A DNA stretch of 64,000 nt, from positions 8,742,001 to 8,806,000 of the forward strand of contig OZ059898.1 in assembly GCA_964057225.1 (NCBI GenBank), written 5' to 3'. The notes under the pieces are model-generated. The model was not told the DNA's origin and made no database searches. It saw nothing but the letters and a program-made list of their open reading frames with translations. The stretch comes from Auanema rhodensis. Lineage: Eukaryota; Animalia; Nematoda. Position numbers and translations under genes: made by a program. This document shows positions 13,303-26,962 of the stretch, in pieces. Every line of letters begins with the position of its first letter. Position 1 is the stretch's first letter.

Positions 13303-15344
13303 CAGCTTAGAACCCGGTAATTATGTGGAAACAGGGAACAGGCAGAGACTATGACAACCTTCTCGAGGGCAACCACAAGTAAAGCTTAATATATAGGGAA
13401 AATAAAGAAATATATAGTAGCAACTAATTTAAACCAAACTTTCATCGTCATAGAGCCTACGATGTTCAGTATATTCTATAAACTGGAAATTCGAACTTAG
13501 TTTTAAAAAAATCTTTTTCGCACTTGATTTTCGTTTCGTTTTCGAAACATTTTTCTATCTCAATGCTATGATGCAAGTTAAATGATGTGAGATATGTAAG
13601 TGTATTCATTTAACTTGCAAGAATTAAATCATTTCATCTTCGGTTAAGTTTTTTACACATAGCAGCTGATTTTGAAATTCGCCAAGGGCTATTTCTCAAT
13701 TGACATCGATAGTGGAAATTGAGAGATGCAATTTTTCTACATTGATTAACGCTCCTGAATGGATTTTTTGATATTTTTTACAAGAAACTAACAAAAAAAC
13801 CTTTTTGTCTGTTATGAACATATTACTTTCATTACAATGTTTAAAATAGTCAAAAATACCTTTTTCTTCATTAGTACAAAAGTATATCTATAAGATGTGA
13901 TAGTAAATTGATTGCTGCTCCCAAACTCAAAATGCAGTCTATACTATGATGCTGTCTTATTTCCTATTTCTTATCTTTTTTTACACCAAATAGATACAAC
14001 TTCAGAGTGGCGCTCCAGGTCGATGACGTTATCTCTGTACTTAATCATTCCGAATGTTCTTTCTTAATAAGGCTTTTACGTTATTCTAAAATATTGAACT
14101 GTCAGGTTTAAAGAAAAATGAAGTATACATATAAGCATTTATATATTTTTCGGCCTACCCCTCGTTCATGATCAATAGATTATATATATATATATACATA
14201 TAGAGAGAGAAAGATATTATTTTTATTGAAAATCTATTTCTTCTATCTTCGTATGATACAAATTTTTTGCGTTTCCGTTTAATACGAATTTCCTAAATTT
14301 TATAAACGAATATTCTTAAACAGAATGCGTAGTTTTTCGTATAAAAAAAAAGAAAACATTGTGTAACATCATCATTCAGCAGCATTTGAAAAATGAAATA
14401 TCAATCAGCTAACAGTTTTTTATGTATTCACCTGCATGTGCCCAATTTCCAATTGGTCAACATATTGCTAAACTATAATTTTTAATATTTTTCAAGCAAA
14501 CTTTTGACAACATCGTATAACAGTATTGAATGAACATATTCTTAAACTATATATGTTTAATAGGTTAAGTGTTACGAAAAAAAAGTAATCATCAAGAAGT
14601 TTCTATAGTTTTTTCTTAATCATTAATCTTATCATCTGCTAATAACTACGATAAAGTTTAAGGTTATGCGAGTTCACTGCAAAGCAGTTTCAGGGTTCAG
14701 TGAATGAAGGATATGACGTTGAATACACATTTTTAAAAAAAACTAGGAACAAAAGATATGCATAAGTATGCAATATTTTTTGTTGCTAAAATCATTAATT
14801 ATTTATTTCCCTATACCACTTTGACATTATAAAAAATAAAATATGAAAGAAACTCAAGGATCACTGACACAGACTTAGAATACATTTCGCTTTAAAAATA
14901 TTTACGAATGAATTTCACCAACATACAAAAACTTAATAAAAGGAAAGAAATCTCTATTTTTTGCAATAAAAATTGGAATGGTGAAGAATAACAGTACTTA
15001 TGACCTTGATAGAATTATAGTATTTCACAAAATTAATTTTCAAATTTTAAATTTGTTAGTAAAGTCGATATATATAAACAAAATAACAATCATTGTTGAA
15101 TTAACTGTTATTTTATTTGAAATTGGAAAAAAGATCAACAAGTAAACATGCTAAAAATTAGCATTGTGCGATTATGTAAATTATTGAATTTCGTTAAAAA
15201 ACGAACACTTATTATGCTATTATTGTGACAAAGGTTAAAGCTGAACTCAATTTTTTAAGCAAAATAATATTCAAAACAATAGGGGAGCCTCATCTATCCT
15301 GTATCGAAGTAACACTACGTATATTTTCAAGTCTTTGTATAACG

Positions 15345-15424
15345 CTACGTCATCATTGGGCCCAAACAGCCAATGAGAGTCTAGCACGCAGACAACCGCC
15401 TACCCAACTGCATATATATATTAA
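15345..15424 (+). promoter_or_regulatory. Distal ER-stress module upstream of hsp-3: CRE/UPRE-like half site, ERSE-like element, TATA-like tract
   Basis: TACGTCATC (GATGACGTA on -) ~15346; CCAAT-gagagtcta-GCACG at 15370-15388 (ERSE CCAAT-N9-CCACG, 1 mismatch); TATATATA ~15413. Confidence 0.5.
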
Positions 15425-16297
15425 CGTTTAAACTTCAAATCATCATTCAAATTTCAACTCCTAATATTAAACTGTATGTCATTATTTTCTTAAAATTATT
15501 ATTAATATTTTACTTTTAATTGACTATATTTCGAAAAATGCGTCCCATACTCTCCAGTTATATCCTACTCGATATAAGTAATTCCAAACGCTAATCTTTC
15601 TCCACAATTTATGAAACAAATCTTCAGAGAGAAAGATGAAAGTGAGCAAAGAGAGCGATACACTATGATTTCTAAATGAAATAAAACAGACCGATGACAC
15701 TTTGAGAGTAACCCTCAATCATCTTCCAACATTTTTTCGCTAACACTGTCTAAAAAATCAGGTCATGTTCACTATTTTTCGAAATTGGCGTACATCAGTG
15801 GTAGAGGATCATCTGAAGGTTGGACTTTAGCAATATACTTCTCTTATTATTAAGTAATGATTGAAAAATACGAATTGGTGGAGCCTAGTAAAAAATTGAT
15901 CCACGCTTAATCAAAATTAGAGAAAATATTTTCCTGTCTTTTCCCCTTTGGCAATTCATAATTATTGTATGTAAATTATGAGGGTATTATTTATCTGTAT
16001 GTGAAAGAACAACACATTATTTTTCTCACCTAGATAAAGATAAGGAATTACCAAAATCGTTTCCAAAAACTCAGATGATGATTAGTAATCACCATATTTA
16101 TTATGTTTAGTTCTATATTTGATTAGTTTTAAAATTTCCCGCCTGATCTTCCGCCGCTCACCAAAATAAGAAATTATATATCTGTGTGTTGCACTACCAA
16201 CTTTCGAGTTGTTCATTCCGTGCTAAAATTTCTCTCTGTGCTGTCAGAGACGCAGAGAAAGTAGTTTGGGCGGAGCAGACGGGGAGAGTCACTCTTA

Positions 16298-16342
16298 TGC
16301 TGACGAGGCATTGGTCTGCGACACGTCTATGTACACGTGGCC
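16298..16342 (+). promoter_or_regulatory. Proximal UPRE/XBP-1-like motif cluster of hsp-3
   Basis: TGACGAGG, ATTGG, GACACGTC (GACGTGTC on -) and ACACGTGGC within ~45 bp in a GC-rich island ~150 bp upstream of the TTTCAG acceptor at 16482. Confidence 0.55.
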
Positions 16343-16498
16343 TCAGTCGTCCTTTCTGCTCGCCTTCGAGAACAGTCTAGTGTTCCTCAATCCAACGTTT
16401 TAGCATTACTTTTTATTGTTACTTCTCATTTCATATCTTCATATTTTAAAGTTTCGTTCTTATTTATCTCAATCGATTTCAGTGAACTACTGAGTTAG

Positions 16499-18982
<2,484 letters not shown>

Positions 18983-19375
18983 ATAATTCGACTTAGACAT
19001 TTCGGCTTTTGCCTTTTTTCTTTCCTGCCGGCCCTTTAATTGTTGTCATCCTCAGGCTGGTTAGCCGCTGTTAACATAGTGGCCCATCTCGTATTAAAAC
19101 GTGGTCGATTTAATTTTTTGTAGACCTAGGTTGTTTTTATTTACTATGCTCTTCCTCTTTATTATTATTACGTGTTTCTGTGATTTTCATTCTAGGACTC
19201 CAGGTGTGGAGTTTAATAATTTATTGATGATTTGAGCCATGAGCTCGTGCAATAAAGTTGATGTCAATCATGTATGTGTTCATTTACTAGTTTTCAGCTG
19301 GAGTTCATATTTTCCACAAACAAGGATTAAAAATGAAGATTTTTTCGGGATTAGTTTCAGCTTAATCTGCCGAAT

Positions 19376-20120
19376 ATGGTCTTATATCACGAGCGTCAGA
19401 GTCGGCAAATGTGTCTTGTACATGCTCTGAATGCTCTTTTGCAACGGAAAGAATTTACATCGGGAGATTTAGATAAGATTTGTTATTCTCTTAATGAAAA
19501 CAGATGGTTGAATCCGCATAAGTGAGTAGTAATCCTATCAATAATATGAATTTCTTTTTTTGATCAATATTCGGTTTGGGAAATTACGATGCTAATGTGC
19601 TTATGGTTGCACTAGATAAATGTGACCTACAAGTATGTTTACTTTTATTCCAAATAAGGTCTTTTAATCCTAAGCGAAGCCTTTTTATGTCGAAGTGAAG
19701 ATAATATAATATCCTAGACTAAGATTATCTAAGACTAATTATTTGCCTGCCTGGTATATGTAAATGCAATTTTGCAGATGTTGTGGTTCGACAGTCGACG
19801 CCCTGTTGAGAATATCAATCTTGAAGCTGTCCATTCAATGATATTCAATATTCCTTCAAGAACCATACCATGCTGGCCTGGTAGACATTGGTTCACAGTA
19901 TTAAAAACTGAGAACGGAAGGTTTGACTATAATATTTTATCCACAATGTGTTTTGTTTAGCTTCATGAATTTGGACTCTAAGTTACGAACACCAGAGCCT
20001 GTTCAAGATATTATCAGCTTTACGCGACGATTGTTTGAAAATCTAGAAGATAAAGTTCAGCTTATTCTTGTTTCTGATGGCGATCCTGAACGTATGCTAT
20101 CCAGAGATTCTTCGAATTGA
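19376..20120 (+). CDS. Josephin-domain deubiquitinase (JOSD1/2-like, no ataxin-3 tail)
   Basis: Exons 19376-19521, 19563-19632, 19778-19920, 19961-20120: YHERQSRQMCLVHALNALLQ, NPHKSIFGLGNYDANV, GRHW, NLDSKL. Catalytic Cys/His/Asp intact. Intron 1 ends in TG as given. Confidence 0.9.
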
Positions 20121-20773
20121 GCCCTATCCAAGCGTACTTTGATTTGTTAGCTTACTTAGAATTTGTGCCGCACAGGCTTATTTGAGTTCTTCGTAGCACT
20201 ATTACGTTTTTTCTATTCAGAATGGCTTATTACTTTGTTCTGTTGATCAAACAATAATGAATCAAACTTTATATATTAATTTGAGCTTACAGTTTTTATG
20301 TATATTAATTCTTAACACCTTTGCACATAATTGTTCATTGAAACTTATGTGAGAGTTTTATTATGGTTGTGTAATGCGTCTTATTGTTAACGGGTTATAA
20401 ATTTTAAAAACAAGGTTTATACATAATTAAAGAAAAATTATCACATTTTGAAAATTAAAATATATTAAATATGAAAATTATGAAAAAGTATTGATATCAC
20501 TCATATGTTTCACGCAAAGAGCGGTACAGTTGGTTGAATAAACCTTAATCCAATTTCATACAAGGAAAGAATACAAGCAAAATTTGATATACATACATAT
20601 ATGTGTATATGATTATTCATAATGATCGTTTTTATAAAATAATAAACAGAAACATTCATTAAATTGATTAGGACCTGAGATTTTCAAGAGAAATTGATGA
20701 GTATCCAAAATATTATTCAGGAGATCAATTATGTAAATCAACCAAAAACAAAAAGATCAAAAACGAGGCGATT

Positions 20774-23700
20774 TTATTCCTTCCATAACAGGTAATAAGA
20801 CCAGTAAGTTATATTGAAGATTATAAAAGATAAAGGAAACATCCACCGACTTTTCTGGTCAATGCGTTTCGCTCTATTTCTTCCAGCCATTTTCCTGAAA
20901 TGTTTTTATTATTATCATAATTGGGAAGCGTGTAAAAGGTAAATCCCAAAAAAAGTTAAACCAAGGCGGGTAAAAGGGGTTAGAAATTGATAAATCATTG
21001 TAAGGCACAGCATGTCTTATTAAAATCGTTCAAGCAGGGTAAAATCACAAAAATAAGAAATTAATGTTAAGTTAGTACCAAGCTAAGACAGACAATGCTA
21101 CTATTTTTTTCATATTTTGAATCTTCAAAAATGAAAAGAAAGCAGCAAAGTCTTATAATGCTTAGTAGCTAGAGAATTCAAGCTAGTGTAAAAACTTAAT
21201 TACTTCAGAGAATACCATATAGAACTCCTCCTAGGCCTAAAAAACGGTAAGCAATGTTTTAATAGTTCAATATAAAGATATATACATCTTAGGATGAAGA
21301 AAATTAATTATAGATAAAAATATTAAGACTTCACTAATCTCAAACTTACTTGTGTTTTTGAATCTGTTTAATTGCCGAAGACCACTTATCTCCCCTTGGC
21401 TCACCGTTTTGCGATCGAGTAGTACTCCCGTATGTTGAATGAGTTGGTGCTGAAGTGTTGCATTTTATTTTTAAAGTTATTCAAATATGATATGATATTC
21501 ATACATCTGTCTTGGCCAATAGGTATTAGCCTACTCCACACACTTCCACGATGTTTTGTGGAAGAACCTTGACGTTCATCAAATGTGGCCCAATTAGCCA
21601 ATCTTTCTGCGGTTTCTGCTTCTTTATTTCTCCATATTTCAATTTTTGGTACTTCTCCAGCATCAGATACAACCTAAATAGCCAAAGGTTGAAGATAATG
21701 TGAACCAAGCAGTTACTAAAAAGAAATCATGCTCTGCTAACATGCTGCTATATGCACTCTTATATGTATGTGAAAAATAGATGAAACAACGTCTAATGAT
21801 TCTTGGAAAGTTACTATTTTTTTAGAAATAAACAACTTAGCATATTATTAGGTAAAGTTTATAATAAAGTCATGCTATTATAGTTTGTATATACATTGTT
21901 ATCCAGGTCAGTATTATAGGCTAACTGTCACAAAAATATACGTATATTAAAAATAATATAAACAAAACTTTGGAGGTGCGATTGAAAACCGGATGCAAAA
22001 AAATATGGAAAAAAGTCAATAAAACTACATTCCGTTGCTCACGAAACGTCGAAAAACATCCAAAATAGCACAAACTTTGGTCAGCCCCAGTTCAGAGGAG
22101 ATAATCTCACCGTTACTTTTCTCCTTACGCCTGATTGCTGAGGATTTTGCTCTTCATCGGAATAAGAATTACTGTATGCATTACTAATTGAGTCGAACGG
22201 AATACCATTAAGCTTAATGCTTTCGTCCTAAAGTAGAAAAATCTGTCCAATCGCTCTACCGAAGAGCTTGATATTGATAAGTGTGTATTAAAACCTTTTT
22301 ATGAATTTAATCTATGAAAATACACAAATATCTCTTTCTAATCAGTGACATTCATTGCGTGTCTTTAAATCAGTCAGGAATCTTTAGAATTGAAACAACA
22401 GAAGTTCGAGTGGTCATGCTTTAAGATCAAGAAGCAGCATGATTCGAAAGATAAGAAGCTAGAAATTTAAATTTCAGAGGATTGTGAAACATTCCGTGAA
22501 AGTGATTAGAAGAGTGAAAGCAATTGAGAAGTTATGTAGCAATGAAAGTTGTTAATTCTAACCTCCACGAGTTGTTGATGATCTTTTCCTTTTAACCGAT
22601 CTATAATATCTCGAGCGCGATGACTCAACTGATCTGATCTTTTCTTATCAGCAACTGATTCTAACGAAGATGCCATAACTGAAAGAAATGATATGAATAA
22701 AAAAATTTAGAAACTTTAATCAGTAACATCATTGTTACTGTAACTGATTATAAGCCAAATATTTCCTTTTATATTTAAGGAAAATGAAAGGTAAAACAAA
22801 ATGAAAAATTGTGTGAATCTTCTTTTCGAATTTATTGGAAGATAATACATAAAATTTTTCCAATTTGTTATTCCCTAGGTATTTTGGCACGTAAGGGTTA
22901 GATTCTCGGGTATATCAGCATGCGTTGACGCTTCCGGCAATTCTCCCATGTTTTAATACAACAAAAACATGCTGAACCTTTGCTTGAGCGGGCAATCAAA
23001 GGGAAAATGTAACAGATGAATTGAAAAATAAAAATAGAATAGAGGGAAGCAACATAGTATGAGAAGGTATTTGAAAAGGAGAAGAGGTAGGAGAAGATGA
23101 AACATAGGTAGGAGAAGGAAAAGTCAACCGATTCAGGATTAGTCTAGGCTGTTAATGATAACAAACACACACAAATAACACGAATCTCTCCAATATTAAT
23201 TATCTAAGAGCACCAGTCAGAAAAGGATTTTTCTTATTAATATTATATAAAAATACATATTTATATATATATATATATATTCTTAATTTTTTATTTGTTT
23301 TCTTTGTTTTCTTTTTGTATCTGTTAATTTAATTTACGCTCCTAACTGGCTCTATAGAATTTAAAATCGACAGATATAATAGATAAGGTGCAGATGAAAC
23401 AAACCTATTTCCGCGTCCGAACGGTGCCACTTTCGACCTATAGATTTTCAAAAAAAAAAATGAAAAATAAACATCAAAGAGATTAAAAGTTTCTCAAATA
23501 TTCCGATTAAATTCACGCCAATAATATACAAAATAGTTATAGAAATGATGATATCGACTCTGTTTCCTTGAAGCTTATCAAAGAAATCGAACCGGGATCA
23601 TAACGGTTAATATACATACATAACATATCAATTCAAATTATATGAAGAATATACACACCCCCCATTTAAAAACATTTATATGCGAGACATATATGTATGT

Positions 23701-26700
23701 ACATACCCTTATCCTCTAGAGTTCTGATCTTTCTATATCCTATAATGTATAAAAAGATTTTAAATCATTCTTCATTGAAGAATATTAAAATTAGAAACAA
23801 ACAAACTGTTTAACAAAGTTGCTTATTAGATATATGGGTATAATCAATATATATATAAATATAATTCGTTGATTGTTGTTTTTTTTTCAAGGATATCATA
23901 GACATGGGTTATAAGAAGTTATGAGAATATAAAACTATTTTTAAAGTTCAAAATAGAAAGAATTTTTGCAAATAAAAATAAAATGAAACCAACCTTGACG
24001 TTGTGCATAATTTACAATAGTAAATTCAATCATAACCCCAAATACAAACCTAAATAGGAAACATTAGAATATTAAAGTGAAATACAAAGTTTTTTTTATC
24101 ATACATCATACAAGCTCCCATCCAAACATCAATAGCTTTCATGTACGATACCTGCAAACATAAGCATTACTATGCAATTTTAATGCTCACTACTTCAGGT
24201 AATGCCATTCTTGCAGCATTTGATTGAGTTGAAAGGGTCAGTAATGTAGTAATTGCCAATGATACCCGGGCAGGAACAGCTTCAACATCTAACCAAAATG
24301 AAAACCTACAACCTTATAAGATTAAAATTAAAGAAAAAAAAACAAATAAATCCACCAAGAAATGACCACAATTAAAGTAGTAGGAACATAAGACTGCATA
24401 ACATGGTGCGTAATTTCTCGTTTTACATAGAATTGTGCTGTAACGCAGCTCCATGTTCCTGAACTCGAGAAAGATATACTGTTTAGTATATTTAATAAGT
24501 AACCTGTTGAGTAATTTCCATCACAGGTTCCAGGATATAAATCTACAATATGCATATCTGACATGGCAATACCGGGATTCCGGGTGATAGGTGTATCTTC
24601 AAGCCATTCAATTATTAATTGAGATGTAGTATAGGCATCTGATATTTTAATTACTTCTTTAACTAATTTTCAGACTTACAACTCAATATTCTAAGTTCAC
24701 AACGTTGAGAATCCAAGGGCCATTTTTCTAAGTTCAAAGTGCAAACAACAACCATTGAAATACGAGTATCAAAAAGAATTGAACCATCAGGTTCGATCCA
24801 AACTAGAAAGTTGGGTTGGGTAACTTCATGAAATTCAGCAGTTCGAGCATTAGCAAAATATACATCAGGATGCCACATTTTATGCAATATATGCTTATCC
24901 CTGATCAAAATTCGTCTATAAATATGCTGATTGCAGTTTCAATCGTCTTTTTATGGACATACAACTCTTGTTGCACTATTATCAAAAAGAAATTACCTTG
25001 TTTCATTATGAGCTAATCTTGGATCTTTCCAGAATTGTTGAAAGTATACATCCAGTTGAAAATCCTGAAAATGTCTATGTTGTTTAATCGCTTTCTATAT
25101 CCTAGATAGTGTTGTGCCAGAGTTTAAAGCCTAACCATAGTTTGCGTACGGAATGACGACATGCCTTCGATGTACATAGCAAGTTTAACCTTTGTAACCT
25201 GGTCTGAAAAGAATTAAAAGTATGATTGCTCATATGCACATGGCGTCGAGTTAAATGTGACAATTTCCTTTTGATCGGGTTTTTAATACAGAAGAAGAGT
25301 GGCTTGTACGGACACAAGATAATAATAGAACGGAAGCTGTCAAGCCACTTCCGAAGCAAAGTCAAAGTTTACGTCTTTCAAAACCTTTTGTCAAATCGTT
25401 TGGTTTTCAATTTTCCTTATTCAAAAGTTTTGATGATTAATTAGTTTTCAATATAAATAGAGTGTCCTATCTTTCACCTTAATTAATAGAGTCACCAGAA
25501 ATATTGGATTGAATATCCGCATATTATAGGTTCATAATGTTCAGAGTGAAGTTCTTCATGCAATTCTACATCCATGAATGTATACAATTGTTTTATAATA
25601 TATACTTAATGATCTATTTATTTTGTTCTTTAGGAAGTGATCATCGTTTACATATGTATGAAATGATCATAGTCCAGAAAATTGAGACATTATTTTTTGA
25701 GTGGAACAACTTTAATGTTATAAGATTGAGTTTAAAGGCAAGTTGAATTCAATTAGAATAGATTTCAAAGATGATTTGTTGTTCCTAGATAACAAAACAA
25801 TCTTGAAAAGGTGACAATTGAAAAATAGAAATGTTGTAAAATTTTGAAAAACCCAAAATTCATTCAAGTATTTCAAGAGCAAATACAATATTCATTTTAT
25901 CGTTGGAGTTAGACAATGAAAACATAAAAAATAGCAGAACCTATTTTCAGTAAACTTTTCTTCAATCTATTTGCATTTTTTATTTTGAGAGATTTTGACT
26001 AGATGAAAGAAACACGAGAAAACTCGAAAAATTTATTTTTCTTTCATCTACAAAACTTCCTTGTAGCAAAATGTTTCTTCAATGCCCCATCCTTCCGATT
26101 TTTAAACTTTTTTTGTTGCAAACGTATGTCCTTAGTGATGATAAACTGATATTTAGTTAAAGAAATGTACATATGTATATCTATGTGTATATACATATAA
26201 TCATCGAAAATATTGTTTATGAAATGAACTAAATATGCGTATGCATATCAGACATAATATGTTTTAACTATTCTATAGAGAATAAAATGTTATAAAGAAA
26301 AATGACAAGTATGCAAGGCTAATCGCTTAGGTATACTCCATTTCTAATAAAAAATTTGTAATTTCAATGAATGTGATGCATCATTCTACTAGGAATGGAA
26401 CGAGCCCCTTGTATTGCTACAAATTTAAATTTCCAAGCTCCATATATACTATATAGATATATACATATATGTATATATTATTTGTAAGAAAAAAAAAGCT
26501 TCAATATGGAAAATAAATTCAGATGTCCTATAGATCATTGCCTATCTACGATTTTATGATTCATCTCTAGTATTTTCGAACACGCAATTTTTACATTATC
26601 AAATGGAATGTAAGAAAGGAGAATGGATAACAAAGGTTCGAATCAAAACATACCTGCATCATCTTGAACAGGAGGAGATTGATTGTCATAAACTCTTCGA

Positions 26701-26962
26701 CCTGCATTTAATAATTCGTCCATATATAAAGGTATAGGTTCACTACGTGAACATAATATTTGGAGTGAGGATAATCTAAAATAAACAACATTCTCAGTTT
26801 TTTTTATTTATGTATAATAATCTTTCTAATAGCTTTTATAAATTCAGAGCTCATCAGTATATTTAAACGTACAATTTAATGTAATATGAAAAGATTTATT
26901 ATTCAGATTTATAAACTATCGTACCTGTAGAGAAGAAGAAAGATGGACCAGCCTAGCAGCAT
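20774..26962 (-). CDS. Cys-loop ligand-gated ion channel subunit, anion-selective type (GGR-1/LGC-40/41-like group, inferred)
   Basis: Signal peptide MLLGWSIFLLLY; WHPDVYFAN; Cys loop CTLNLEKWPLDSQRC; M1-M2 SFWLDVEAVPARVSLAITTLLTL (PAR motif); M3 KAIDVWMGACMMFVFG; M4 RIDQKSRWMFPLSFIIFNITYWSYY. Multi-exon. Confidence 0.92.
23405..23437 (-). CDS. Candidate 33-nt in-frame microexon of the channel (GRKWHRSDAEI)
   Basis: GC-rich island with a poly-T..CTATAG acceptor and AG|GTTTGT donor; phase 1-1 matches the flanking exons; no stop. Confidence 0.6.
   Translation of the reverse strand, partial: VESGTVRTRK

Noticed and set aside
21350-21405. Internal GTGAGC donor in a channel exon
   Set aside because: 55 nt from the in-frame donor, so it would frameshift before M4; the GTAAGT donor explains the protein.
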